A stretch of DNA of 63,407 bases, the filler included, from Actinomycetota bacterium (GTDB lineage: Bacteria > Actinomycetota > Acidimicrobiia > IMCC26256 > VFJJ01): assembly GCA_009886115.1 (NCBI GenBank). It is 5 parts of 5 records of this genome, joined end to end, with 100 filler letters (N's around TTAATTAATTAA, not from the genome) between each part and the next. Parts side by side here need not be neighbours in the genome. Positions count along the whole stretch, not along the records: positions 1 to 21,031 come from VFJJ01000150.1; 4 more parts are not named here. One strand, 5' to 3'. The notes beneath the pieces were generated by a model. That model had not been told where the DNA came from. It searched no databases and was given only the letters and a program-made list of their open reading frames with translations. Within the stretch, counting starts at the first letter, position 1; every line of letters begins with the position of its first letter. Made by a program: the position numbers and the translations under genes. This document shows, in pieces, positions 9,354-19,075 of the stretch.

Positions 9354-9549
9354 GTCCTTGTTCGACGGTGGGTGCTGGTACAACTACTTAGTGTGATGTT
9401 TCTCGAAGTTGTGTTCGGTGTACAAAAAGTTTCTCCCAGAAATTCTGGCGCAACGGTGGTGATCCCTGCTACAGACCGTGGTGCGCGGGTGCCACCGCTG
9501 CCACCCGTACCGAGAAATGAGCCGAGTGGGCTGAGACCGGGGGGTCGAC

Positions 9550-11193
9550 GTGACGATCGATGATCAGGCCGTGAACTTGGGCAAGGGGGGCGAGCCGCCG
9601 TCGGATCCAACTGCCGACGCCGACCGCGCACGCCTGCACGAGCTGGGGTACGCGCAGGAGCTCCACCGGGGGATGTCGACGTTCTCGAACTTCGCCATCT
9701 CGTTCTCGATCATCTCGATCCTGGCCGGCGGGATGACCACCTACTGGCTGGGCATGCTCGCTGGTGGACCGCTCGTGGTGACGTTGGGCTGGGTCATCGT
9801 GGGCTTCTTCGTGCTGCTCGTCGGCATGTCGATGGGTGAGATCTGCTCCGCCTATCCGACCGCGGGTGGTCTCTACTACTGGTCGGCGAAGCTGGCCCGC
9901 AGCAATGGGGCGGCGTGGTCGTGGTTCACCGGATGGTTCAACCTCCTCGGCCAGGTCGGGGTGATCGCCAGCGTCGATTTCGCCTTGGCGACGTTCACGG
10001 CGTACTTCATCCATCTCTACGACTCGGGCTTCGACCACACCAGGATCAGGAACATCTTCATCATCTACCTCATCATGCTGCTGGCCCACGGTCTCTTGAA
10101 CACGTTCGCGATCAACGTCGTGAAGCTCCTCGGCGACATCAGCGTCTGGTGGCACGTGATCGGGGTACTGATCATCTTCGTGGTGCTCCTCATCGCACCC
10201 GACGATCGTGAGGGCTTCGGCTACATCTTCGAGTACAAGAACTCGACAGGGTGGACGGGAGGGTTCAGCACCGTCTACGCGTTCATGCTCGGGATGCTCC
10301 TCGCTCAGTACACCATCACCGGGTTCGACGCCTCGGCGCATGTGAGTGAGGAGACCAAGGGCGCCCACACGGCCGCGCCCAAGGCCATTGTGCGCTCGAT
10401 CTGGATCTCGGCGATCGCCGCGCTGGTGCTCAACATCGCCTTGACCCAGGCCATCCCAAAGGGTGCCTACGACGCGGCCGAGGGCGGGATCTTCGCCGAC
10501 GGTCTGATCGTCACCTCGGGGAGGGTGATGGTGCTCGCTGTCTCGAGCGCCACGGCCAAGTTCCTGATCCTGATCGCGGTGGTGGCGCAGTTCTTCTGCG
10601 GGATGGCGTCGGTGACGGCCAACTCGCGCATGATCTACGCCTTCTCGCGGGACGGCGGCCTGCCGTTCTCGAACGTGTGGCACAAGATCAACCCCAAGAC
10701 CCGCACGCCAACCAACGCCGTGTGGCTCGGCGTCGGTCTGTCGGCCATCGTCGGCTGCCTGGCCCTGATCCAGAACAACGCCTACTCGGTGGCCTTCTTC
10801 GCACTGACGGGCATCTGCGTCATCGGCCTCTACATCGCCTACGTCATCCCGATCTACCTGCGGCTGCGCAACCCCGACTTCAAGCAGGGTGAATGGAACC
10901 TCGGGAAGTGGAGCAAGTTGGTCGGTTGGGTGTCGATCTGCTGGGTCGCACTCATCACGGTGTTGTTCTTCGCCCCGGTGTTCTGGCCGTTCTGGCCGCC
11001 GTGGGACGGGGCCGACAACCGGTTGAAGCTCAACAACTTCAACTTCACCGGTCCGCTCATCGTGTTGTCGTTCGTGGCGTTCGGGTTGTGGTACGTGGCC
11101 TCGGCGAAGAACTGGTTCAAGGGCCCGAAGGTCCAGGGCACCAAGGAAGAGCTGCTGGCCATCGAGCGGGAGCTCGACGCGCTCGGGACGTGA
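9550..11193 (+). CDS. APC-family amino acid/amine permease
   Basis: LGYAQEL, FSNFAISFSIISI, EICSAYPTAGGLY, GFDASAHVSEET, about 12 hydrophobic segments. Confidence 0.93.
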   Translation: MTIDDQAVNLGKGGEPPSDPTADADRARLHELGYAQELHRGMSTFSNFAISFSIISILAGGMTTYWLGMLAGGPLVVTLGWVIVGFFVLLVGMSMGEICSAYPTAGGLYYWSAKLARSNGAAWSWFTGWFNLLGQVGVIASVDFALATFTAYFIHLYDSGFDHTRIRNIFIIYLIMLLAHGLLNTFAINVVKLLGDISVWWHVIGVLIIFVVLLIAPDDREGFGYIFEYKNSTGWTGGFSTVYAFMLGMLLAQYTITGFDASAHVSEETKGAHTAAPKAIVRSIWISAIAALVLNIALTQAIPKGAYDAAEGGIFADGLIVTSGRVMVLAVSSATAKFLILIAVVAQFFCGMASVTANSRMIYAFSRDGGLPFSNVWHKINPKTRTPTNAVWLGVGLSAIVGCLALIQNNAYSVAFFALTGICVIGLYIAYVIPIYLRLRNPDFKQGEWNLGKWSKLVGWVSICWVALITVLFFAPVFWPFWPPWDGADNRLKLNNFNFTGPLIVLSFVAFGLWYVASAKNWFKGPKVQGTKEELLAIERELDALGT

Positions 11194-11304
11194 GCGGTTG
11201 CGGGAGCTCTCGACGTTCGTGAGAGGACAGGCAGGTTCCCGCGACGGGCGCGGCGCACTCCAGGCGCCGCGCCCGTCCCGGGTTGAGAACGGAAGGTAGA
11301 TCGG

Positions 11305-12687
11305 GTGCAGCTGCGGGGGATGCTGACGATCGGGCAGCTGCGAGACATGGTCGAGCGCGACGAGATCGACACGGTGCTCGTGGTGTTCCCCGATCTCCAG
11401 GGCCGCTTCATGGGCAAACGGGTGATGGGGCGGTTCTTCTGCGAGCACGTCGCGGCCGGGGAGGGTTCGGTCGAGGCGTGCAACTACCTCCTGGCCGTCG
11501 ACGTCGACATGACCGTGCTCCCCGGTTACACCTTCGCCAACTGGGACCTGGGCTACGGCGATTTCAGCTGCCGGCCCGACATGTCGACGCTGCGGCTGGT
11601 CCCCTGGATCTCCAAGACCGCGTTGGTGATCTGCGACCTCGTCGACGAGGAGACCGGGGCGCCGATCGAGGTGTCGCCCCGGCGCGTCCTGCAGCGCCAG
11701 CTCGAACGAGCGGCGGCGCTGGGCCTCTCGGTCATGGCCGGGACCGAGCTCGAGTTCTTCCTCTTCCGCGAGAGCTACGAAGAGGCCTCGGCCAAGGGCT
11801 ACACGAACCTCACGCCGCAGAACGACTACATCCTCGACTACCACATCCTCCAGACGACCAAGGACGAGTACCTGATCCGCCAGATCCGCAACGGGATGGA
11901 GGGCGCCGGCATCCCCGTCGAGTTCTCCAAGGGCGAGGCCGAGCACGGCCAGCACGAGCTCAACGTGCGCTACGCCGAGGCGCTCACGATGGCCGACCGT
12001 CACACCATCTACAAGAACGGGGCCAAGGAGATCGCCGCGCTCAACGGGCAGGCGCTCACGTTCATGGCCAAGTACGAGTTCGCCAAGGTCGGCTCGTCGT
12101 GTCACATCCACTCGTCGGTCTGGGACGCCGCCGGCGAGCGCTCGCTGATGTGGGACGAGCACGGCTCTCACCACATGAGCGACACGTTCCGTTGGTGGAT
12201 GGGCGGGTTGCTGCACACCGCGCAGGAGCTGTCGTGGTGCTTCGCGCCGTACGTCAACAGCTACAAGCGCTGGCAGCCCGGCTCATGGGCACCCACGGCC
12301 GTGGGATGGGGACGCGACAACCGCACGTTGGGCTTCCGGGTCGTGGGCCACGGCCAGGGCTACCGGGTCGAGTCGCGGATCCCGGGCGCCGACGTGAACC
12401 CGTACTTCGCGCTCGCGGCCACGGTCGCCGGGGGCCTGCACGGCATCGAGAACAAGATCGAGCCGGGCGAGCCCTACCAGGGCAATGGCTACGAGGCGAC
12501 CGAGCTGCCACGACTGCCGGCCACGCTGGTCGAGGCCATCGAGCTGTTCCGCCGGTCGGAGGTGGCGCGGAGCGCGTTCGGCGTCGACGTCTTCGAGCAC
12601 ATGCTCAACACCGCCGTGCAGGAGTGGAGCTCGTTCAACGCCGTGGTCACAGACTGGGAGCGCCGGCGAGGCTTCGAGCGGCTGTGA
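11305..12687 (+). CDS. Glutamine synthetase-like gamma-glutamylamide synthetase (GlnA4/PuuA-like)
   Basis: DLQGRFMGK, TELEFFL, GQHELN, TFMAK, GSSCHIH, NSYKR, DNRT, RVESRIPGADVNPY; flanked by a C26 hydrolase, ALDH and SDR. Confidence 0.9.
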   Translation: MQLRGMLTIGQLRDMVERDEIDTVLVVFPDLQGRFMGKRVMGRFFCEHVAAGEGSVEACNYLLAVDVDMTVLPGYTFANWDLGYGDFSCRPDMSTLRLVPWISKTALVICDLVDEETGAPIEVSPRRVLQRQLERAAALGLSVMAGTELEFFLFRESYEEASAKGYTNLTPQNDYILDYHILQTTKDEYLIRQIRNGMEGAGIPVEFSKGEAEHGQHELNVRYAEALTMADRHTIYKNGAKEIAALNGQALTFMAKYEFAKVGSSCHIHSSVWDAAGERSLMWDEHGSHHMSDTFRWWMGGLLHTAQELSWCFAPYVNSYKRWQPGSWAPTAVGWGRDNRTLGFRVVGHGQGYRVESRIPGADVNPYFALAATVAGGLHGIENKIEPGEPYQGNGYEATELPRLPATLVEAIELFRRSEVARSAFGVDVFEHMLNTAVQEWSSFNAVVTDWERRRGFERL

Positions 12688-12801
12688 GCAGTTGTCGCGG
12701 CTCGGGGCCTGTGGCTCGAACCCCTCCCGGGTAGCGTTCCGTCGACATCGGAGTGTCGTCGTTGTCTCGTCCATCAGGTGCAGGGTCACTCGGGAGCACA
12801 G

Positions 12802-13545
12802 ATGAACCGTGATCGGGCTCCGCTCATCGCCGTGACGTCCCGTCCGGTCCCCAAGGCCCAGATCGAGGGGTACCGCGAGAACGTGATGGCCTGCTCCCGT
12901 GCCTACATCGACGCGGTCCAGCGCGCCGGTGGCCTCGAAGCCGTGCAACTCCCCGTGCCGCTCACCGACGAGCAGGCCGCTGAGCGGCTGACGCGTTTCG
13001 ACGGGTTGGTGCTCATCGGCGGCGGCGACCTCGATCCGGCCCGCTACGGCCAGGAGCCCCACGCCGAGGTCTACGGCACGAGCGCCGACTCCGACGCCTT
13101 CGAGCTGGCGCTGGCCCGCGCCGCGATCGCGACCGGTACGCCCACGCTGGCGATCTGCCGAGGCCACCAGGTGCTCAACGTGGCCCTCGGCGGGACGCTC
13201 GTCCAGCACGTGCCCGACGTCGAGGGGACCATCGAGCACCGGCGTGGTGTGCTGCACGAGGTCTCGGTCGAGTCCGGGTCGCGAGTTGCCAAGGCGTTGC
13301 GGACCCATCGGCCGATGTGCCTCTCGTGGCACCATCAGGCCGTCGACCGGGTCGGAGAGGGGCTGGTCGTCACGGCTCGGGCCGACGATGGGATCGTCGA
13401 GGCCCTCGAGCACGAGGGCGACGCCTGGATCGTGGCCGTGCAGTGGCATCCCGAGGACACCGCCGCGACCGACCCGGTGCAACAGCGCCTCTTCGACGCG
13501 TTCGTGGCCGAGGCTGCCGCGACAGCCGGCCGCCCGGGCCGCTGA
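12802..13545 (+). CDS. Gamma-glutamyl-gamma-aminobutyrate hydrolase family (peptidase C26, PuuD-like)
   Basis: GGGDLDP, LAICRGHQ nucleophile, HHQAV, VQWHPE. Confidence 0.92.
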   Translation: MNRDRAPLIAVTSRPVPKAQIEGYRENVMACSRAYIDAVQRAGGLEAVQLPVPLTDEQAAERLTRFDGLVLIGGGDLDPARYGQEPHAEVYGTSADSDAFELALARAAIATGTPTLAICRGHQVLNVALGGTLVQHVPDVEGTIEHRRGVLHEVSVESGSRVAKALRTHRPMCLSWHHQAVDRVGEGLVVTARADDGIVEALEHEGDAWIVAVQWHPEDTAATDPVQQRLFDAFVAEAAATAGRPGR

Positions 13546-13560
13546 GGCTTCGAGCAGCCG

Positions 13561-14505
13561 ATGCCGTCCCCGCTCGAGGAGGTCGTGGCCCCGCTCCTCG
13601 AGCGCATCCCGGGTTGGGGCGGCCGGGCCGCCGTGGTCGGTCCGCTCGAGGGCGGCATCACGAATCGCAACGTGCTGGTCGACGTCGACGGCGAGGGTCG
13701 CTTCGTCGTGCGCCTGGCTGGCAAGGACACGCACCTGCTCGAGATCGACCGGCCGCGCGAGCGTGACGCCAACACGCGCGCCGCGTCCCTGGGCATTGCC
13801 CCGGAGGTGCACGCGTTCCTCGAACCGGAGGGGTTCCTGGTGACCCGCTTCGTCGCGGGGAGGCCGATCGCCACCGAGCGGATGAGCGAGCCGGCGACCA
13901 TCGACGCCGTCGCCTCGGCGCTGCGGGCCTTCCACGAGTCACGGCCGCTCGCCGGCGACTTCGACTGCTTCCGTGTGCCGTTCCTGCACCTGGCCGCCGC
14001 TCGATCGCGTGGCGTCGCCCTGCCGGCGCAGTTCGACGCCTGCGCGCGGCGGGCTGCCGAGATCGAAGCCGCGTTCTCGCGAACCCCCGAGCCGCGGGTG
14101 CCGTGCCACAACGACCTGCTCGGTGCCAACTTCCTCGAACGGCCCGGCGGGGTGGCGGCCGCCGGGATCTGGTTGCTCGACTGGGAGTACGCGGGGATGA
14201 ACGAGCGCTCCTTCGACCTCGGGAACTTCTCGACCAACAACGAGCTGCCGCCGGAGGCCGAGGAGGCCCTCGTCGGCGCCTACCACCTCGACAGGGCCGT
14301 CACCCCTCGTCGGCTGGCTCGGCTGCGGCTGATGAAGATCATGAGCGACTTCCGCGAAGCCATGTGGGGCGTGGTGCAACAGGGGATCAGCACCCTCGAC
14401 TTCGACTACGTCGACTACGCCGGCAAGCACTTCGACCGTCTGCTGCGGCAGGCTTCGGCGCCCAGCTACCAGGCGCTCCTCAGCGCGGCCGCCGAGAAGG
14501 ATTGA
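13561..14505 (+). CDS. Choline/ethanolamine kinase family phosphotransferase
   Basis: LEGGITNRN, Brenner motif CHNDLLGANFL, LLDWEYAG. Confidence 0.88.
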   Translation: MPSPLEEVVAPLLERIPGWGGRAAVVGPLEGGITNRNVLVDVDGEGRFVVRLAGKDTHLLEIDRPRERDANTRAASLGIAPEVHAFLEPEGFLVTRFVAGRPIATERMSEPATIDAVASALRAFHESRPLAGDFDCFRVPFLHLAAARSRGVALPAQFDACARRAAEIEAAFSRTPEPRVPCHNDLLGANFLERPGGVAAAGIWLLDWEYAGMNERSFDLGNFSTNNELPPEAEEALVGAYHLDRAVTPRRLARLRLMKIMSDFREAMWGVVQQGISTLDFDYVDYAGKHFDRLLRQASAPSYQALLSAAAEKD

Positions 14506-14507
14506 CC

Positions 14508-17078
14508 GTGGACACGACACCCAACGGGGCCAGCCGAGATCTCGGCGACGGCACCGACAGCACCGACAGCACCGACAGCACAGACGGGGCGGGCCGCATG
14601 CCCAGCCGGGTCCGGATCGTGATCGTGGGTGCCGGTGTGGGCGGCGCGAGCATCGCCTGGCACCTGGCCGAGCGGGGCTGCTCCGACGTGCTGGTGATCG
14701 ACCGGGCCGAGCCCACCAGCGGGTCGACCTTCCACAGCGCGGGGCTCGTGGGCCAGTTGCGTTCGAGCCTCCCGTTGACCCGCATGATGATGCACAGCGT
14801 CGACACCTACCGCCGGCTGGAGGCCGACGCGGAGCGCACCGGCCGCTCGCCGGGCTGGCGTGAGGTCGGGTCGCTGCGCATCGCCTGCACGCCCGAACGC
14901 CTGGAGGAGCTGACCCGTCAACACGGCTGGGCCAAGACGTTCGGGTTGCCGATGGAGCTCGTCTCCGGCGCCGAGGCGCTGGCGCTGTTCCCGCTCATGG
15001 AGGCACGCGACGTGCTCGGGGCGGTGTGGCTGCCGACCGACGGCTTCCTCGACCCGTCGGGCCTCACCCACGCGTTCCTCGCCGGAGCCCGCGACCGGGG
15101 CGTGAAGACCGCCAACCACACCCGGGTGACGGGTTTTCGCATCGACCGGGACCGGGGTCGCATCCAGGCGGTACTCACCGACCGGGGACCCGTCGAAGCC
15201 GAGACCGTCGTGCTGGCGTGTGGCATGTACACACCCGACGTCGCCGCGCTGGCCGGGGTCAACGTGCCGATCGTCCCGATGGCGCACCAGTACCTGATCA
15301 CTCAGGCGATCGACGGTGTCACCGCCGACCTTCCCCAGCTGCGCGACCCCGACAACCTCGTGTACTTCCGGCGGGAGTCGGGCGGCATCCTCCTCGGCGG
15401 CTACGAGCGCGACCCCGCTCCGTGGAGCCTGCACGGCGTTCCGGGCGACTTCAACAACACGCTGCTCGCCGAGGACTGGGACCGCTTCGCGCCCATCATG
15501 GCCAACGCCTGCCGGCGGATCCCGGCCGCGGAGGAGGCCGGCATCACCACGTTCATCAACGGGCCTGAGGGTTTCACGCCCGACAACGAGTTCGTGCTCG
15601 GCGAGAGCGAGGTGCACGGGCTGTTCGTGGCCGCCGGGTTCTGCGCGCACGGCATCGCCGGCGCCGGCGGGGTCGGGCGGGTGATGGCCGAATGGATCCT
15701 CGACGGCGAGCCGTCGTTCGACACGTGGAAGATGGACATCCGCCGCTTCGGCGCCCAGTACCGCTCGCGCGAGTACGCCCGAGACCGGGCCGTCGAGGTG
15801 TACAGCACCTACTACGACATCCACTACCCCAACGAGGAGAAGCGCTCCGGACGGCCGTTGCGGCGCTCGCCGGCGTACGACCGTCTCGCCGCGCTGGGCG
15901 TGAGCTTCGGTGAGAAGTCGAGCTGGGAGCGGCCGAACTGGTTCGTCACCAATGAGTCGCTGGCCGAGGCGGCCGAGGCCGCGGCTGTGCGGCCCCGCGG
16001 CTGGGCGGGTGAGCACTGGAGCTCGGCGATCGGAGCCGAGGCCCTGGCGTGTCATCGCCGCGTGGCGTTGTTCGACGAGACGTCGTTCTCGAAGATGGAG
16101 GTGGCCGGTCCTGGGGCCGTCGCGTTCCTCGATCGGGTGTGCGCCAACGAGATCGACCGGCCGGTCGGGTCGGTGACCTACACCCAGATGCTCAACGAGC
16201 GCGGCGGGATCGAGTGCGATCTCACGCTGACGCGCACGGGGGCCGACCGGTTCTTCGTCGTCACCGGCACGGCCTTCGGCAACCACGACCTGGGCTGGCT
16301 GCGCAAGCAGCAGGAGCTCCTGCCCGAGGGCGACGCCGTCGTGCTCACCGACGTGACGGGTGGCTACGCGTGCTTCGGCATCTGGGGACCCCGTACCCGC
16401 GAGGTGCTCGGCGCGCTCACGCGGGCCCCGCTCGCCAACGAAACCTTCGGGTACCTGACTGCGCAGCGGATCTCGGTGTGCGCGGTGCCCGTCCTCGCGC
16501 TGCGGGTCACCTACGTCGGCGAGTTGGGCTGGGAGCTCTACTGCCCCACGGAGTACGGCGCGTCGCTGTGGGACGCGCTGTGGGACGCTGGCGCGGCACA
16601 GGGGATGGTCGCCGGCGGCTACCGGGCCATCGACGCGCTGCGCGTCGAGAAGGGCTACCGGGTCTGGGGCGCCGACATCACGCCCGAGGAGAACCCGTAC
16701 GAGGGCGGATTGGGCTTCGCCGTTGCGCTCGACAAGCCCGGCGGCTTCATCGGTCGCGACGCCCTGCGTGCGGTGAAGGCCAACGGCGGTCCGGCCAAGC
16801 GCCTGCGGGCCGTGGCCCTCGCCGATCCTCGAGCGATCGCGCTCGGCTCGGAGCCCGTGCGCGTCGACGGAACGATCGTCGGACGGGTCACGAGCGGCGG
16901 GTACGGGTTCCGCACGGAGGCCTCGATCGCGTACTGCTACCTCCCGGTCGACGAGGTGCCCCTGGGCACGGCGGGCGTGGGCCGGCCCGTCGAGGTCGAG
17001 GTCTTCGGGACGTGGATCCCGGCCACGGTGATCGCCGATCCGCCCTTCGACCCGCAGGGTGCAAGGATCCGTGCCTGA
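14508..17078 (+). CDS. GcvT-family FAD/folate oxidoreductase (dimethylglycine/sarcosine dehydrogenase-like)
   Basis: GAGVGG, STFHSAG, NGPEGFTPD, WERPNWF, YVGELGWE, LRVEKGY; start could be 14502, 14508 or 14598. Confidence 0.92.
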   Translation: MDTTPNGASRDLGDGTDSTDSTDSTDGAGRMPSRVRIVIVGAGVGGASIAWHLAERGCSDVLVIDRAEPTSGSTFHSAGLVGQLRSSLPLTRMMMHSVDTYRRLEADAERTGRSPGWREVGSLRIACTPERLEELTRQHGWAKTFGLPMELVSGAEALALFPLMEARDVLGAVWLPTDGFLDPSGLTHAFLAGARDRGVKTANHTRVTGFRIDRDRGRIQAVLTDRGPVEAETVVLACGMYTPDVAALAGVNVPIVPMAHQYLITQAIDGVTADLPQLRDPDNLVYFRRESGGILLGGYERDPAPWSLHGVPGDFNNTLLAEDWDRFAPIMANACRRIPAAEEAGITTFINGPEGFTPDNEFVLGESEVHGLFVAAGFCAHGIAGAGGVGRVMAEWILDGEPSFDTWKMDIRRFGAQYRSREYARDRAVEVYSTYYDIHYPNEEKRSGRPLRRSPAYDRLAALGVSFGEKSSWERPNWFVTNESLAEAAEAAAVRPRGWAGEHWSSAIGAEALACHRRVALFDETSFSKMEVAGPGAVAFLDRVCANEIDRPVGSVTYTQMLNERGGIECDLTLTRTGADRFFVVTGTAFGNHDLGWLRKQQELLPEGDAVVLTDVTGGYACFGIWGPRTREVLGALTRAPLANETFGYLTAQRISVCAVPVLALRVTYVGELGWELYCPTEYGASLWDALWDAGAAQGMVAGGYRAIDALRVEKGYRVWGADITPEENPYEGGLGFAVALDKPGGFIGRDALRAVKANGGPAKRLRAVALADPRAIALGSEPVRVDGTIVGRVTSGGYGFRTEASIAYCYLPVDEVPLGTAGVGRPVEVEVFGTWIPATVIADPPFDPQGARIRA

Positions 17079-17105
17079 CCCGAGGCTGGCTCGCTGACGT
17101 CACCG

Positions 17106-17198
17106 AGACCAGGCGAGCCCACTCAGACCAGGCGAGCCCACTCAGACCAGGCGAGCCCACTCAGGCCCGGCGAGACCACTCAGGCCGGGCGAGACCCA
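17106..17198. repeat. 19-bp tandem repeat, 3 exact + 2 degenerate copies
   Basis: AGACCAGGCGAGCCCACTC x3, then AGGCCCGGCGAGACCACTC and AGGCCGGGCGAGACCCA; ends just before the SD of the next gene. Confidence 0.95.
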
Positions 17199-17208
17199 TG
17201 GAGGTCCA

Positions 17209-18390
17209 GTGATGATCATCGACGTCGACTCGCACGGTGAGCCGCCCGAGAGCGTGATCGCCGAGGCCTGGGCCCGCACGGGCATGGAGCCCTACGACGT
17301 GGGCGAGACCACGATGCGCTTCGTCGCCGGCGACCTCCTCCAGACCCTTCCCCGCGAGCAGTGGCCCGAGCTGGCCGACCTGCTGCCCCCGGGCGCCGCG
17401 GCGATCGCGGGCCTGGAGACGGTCGACGGCTTCGCCTACGACGGCGCCGAGCAGAGCGGCGTGGCCGATCCCGCGAAGCGACTGGCCTGGCTTGACGTCC
17501 AGGGCATCGACGCGGAGAACGTGATCTCGCTGCGCGGGATCACCTCCACCCGCTTCCTCGACGACCGTGACGCGGCTCGCGACCTCATCGTCGCGTGCAA
17601 CTCCTACATGGGCGAGCTCCACCAGGGATGCAACGACCGGCTCTGGCCCACGACCGCGCTCACCTTCGAGGACCTCGACTGGTGCGTCGACGAGCTGACC
17701 CGGATGCGGGGGCTGGGGAGCCGATCGTTCCTCCTCCACGCCGTGCCCGTCAACGGCATCCCGCACTTCCACTCGGCCTACGACAAGATCTGGTCGGCCG
17801 CGGTCGACCTCGGGATGCTGCCCATCCTCCACGTCGGCGCCAACCCGGTGATGTTCGCCGACGGCTGGGCCAACGTCGAAGGGAACATGACCCTGTTGCG
17901 CCAGCTCGGGGTGTGCCAGGGTCACCAGGCGATCCAGGTGTTCTTGAACGGTCTCGTCTTCGGCGGGGTGCTCGAACGCCATCCCGATCTGACCGTGCTC
18001 ATCGCCGAGTGCGGAATCCACTGGTTCGGCGGGACGGTCGAGCACATGGAGCAGCGCAACGCCCGCAACGGTGTGGGTCCCCGGATGTACTTCGGCGAGT
18101 ACCCCTGGTCGTTGTCGCCCACGGAGTTCGTGCGACGCAACATCCGCATCACCCCCCTGCCCACGCCCGACCAGGACCCGCGCCGGCTCCTCGACGCGCT
18201 CCCCGAGTGCATCGTGTTCTCGAGCGACTACGCGCACAACGAAGGCAACCCCAACCCGGTCGCGTACTACGAGGCCCTCCTCGCCGACCTCCCCGCCGCC
18301 ACCCGAGCCTCGTTCTTCGGCGGCTCCATCGCCGCGGCCTTCGAGCGGATGGGCGGAGGCCTGGCATCATCACGCATCACCAACGTATAG
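17209..18390 (+). CDS. Amidohydrolase_2 family protein
   Basis: IIDVDSH, ILHVG, GVLERHPDL..LIAECG, FSSDYAHNEG; GGAGG SD. Confidence 0.88.
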   Translation: MMIIDVDSHGEPPESVIAEAWARTGMEPYDVGETTMRFVAGDLLQTLPREQWPELADLLPPGAAAIAGLETVDGFAYDGAEQSGVADPAKRLAWLDVQGIDAENVISLRGITSTRFLDDRDAARDLIVACNSYMGELHQGCNDRLWPTTALTFEDLDWCVDELTRMRGLGSRSFLLHAVPVNGIPHFHSAYDKIWSAAVDLGMLPILHVGANPVMFADGWANVEGNMTLLRQLGVCQGHQAIQVFLNGLVFGGVLERHPDLTVLIAECGIHWFGGTVEHMEQRNARNGVGPRMYFGEYPWSLSPTEFVRRNIRITPLPTPDQDPRRLLDALPECIVFSSDYAHNEGNPNPVAYYEALLADLPAATRASFFGGSIAAAFERMGGGLASSRITNV

Positions 18391-18441
18391 CCATCTGTGG
18401 CGTTTATAAGCCCCGCGGCTATAAACGCCACAGAGGGCTAT
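18387..18441. repeat. 22-bp inverted repeat (terminator or REP-like palindrome)
   Basis: ATAGCCATCTGTGGCGTTTATA ... TATAAACGCCACAGAGGGCTAT, 1 mismatch. Confidence 0.85.
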
Positions 18442-18593
18442 AACCATGGGGGTGCGGCTCCGCTGGAGGGACTGTCGGGCGGGGCTCGTTATAGGCGTTG
18501 ACCTGGTTGTTTGTGTTTCGTGATTGTCTGACGGGCAGCGCTTGGAGTTCGTCTGGCCGCGGTTTCTCTTCACCGGGAAGTAGCTACCTTCAG

Positions 18594-18836
18594 ATGCGCC
18601 CCGATTCGCTGCGGCCCGCGACCGAACGAGCAGCGACCAAGGCGACCACCAAGCTCGACAGTCGCCTCTCCAAAGGCGAGAAGCGGTACCGAAAACGCAT
18701 GGCCGAGGTAGGAGCCGTCTATGACATCACCCCCGTGCCTCGTAGCCCGACCGACGTGCTCGGTCACCGCGGGTCGAGCCCGGCTCCGGTCGCCCAGGCC
18801 AAGTGGGTCACCGCCAGCGTCGCCGACGACGCCGCT
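18594..18836 (+). mobile_element. ISKra4-family transposase internal fragment
   Basis: MRPDSLRPAT...RLSKGEKRYRKRMAEVGAVYDITPVPR...AKWVTASV resembles actinobacterial ISKra4 transposases; both ends missing. Confidence 0.7.
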
Positions 18837-18918
18837 CTTCGAGGCGAGGTGTCTGGCCAGCGCCTTGACCACCGGAGCTACAACCTCGGCCGGGTTGACG
18901 CCGTATGCGACGACGCTG

Positions 18919-19038
18919 TCACGACCAGGGGTTGAGCACGGCGAGGCCGTTGAGCGTTCGAAGTTCGCGGACGTTCCTGGTCACGATCGTCAGTCAGTCA
19001 GTCAGTCAGTCAGTCCGTGCGCGAGCGCGGTGGCGCCG
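18919..19038 (-). pseudogene. VapC/PIN toxin C-terminal remnant
   Basis: Collapsing (ACTG)6 to one copy restores GATALAHGLTIVTRNVRELRTLNGLAVLNPWS*. Confidence 0.75.
18991..19014. repeat. (CAGT)6 microsatellite
   Basis: Six exact copies. Confidence 0.95.
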
Positions 19039-19075
19039 TGTCAGCGGCCACCGGGATCTGTCCACGAGCGGCCAC
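19039..19075. mobile_element. IS21-family-like terminal repeat (orphan end)
   Basis: TGTCAGCGGCCAC...AGCGGCCAC: TG terminus with a reiterated motif, starting exactly where VapC homology stops. Confidence 0.5.

Noticed and set aside
9469..12216. 915-aa antisense ORF, and similar ones at 33326-36457, 47737-49767 and 7024-9081
   Set aside because: Shadow ORFs opposite well-supported genes in GC-rich DNA, with no motifs
11305..12687. Housekeeping glutamine synthetase glnA
   Set aside because: Context (C26 hydrolase, ALDH, SDR, permease) indicates a gamma-glutamylamide ligase
17106..17198. CRISPR array candidate
   Set aside because: Head-to-tail 19-mers with no unique spacers and no cas genes
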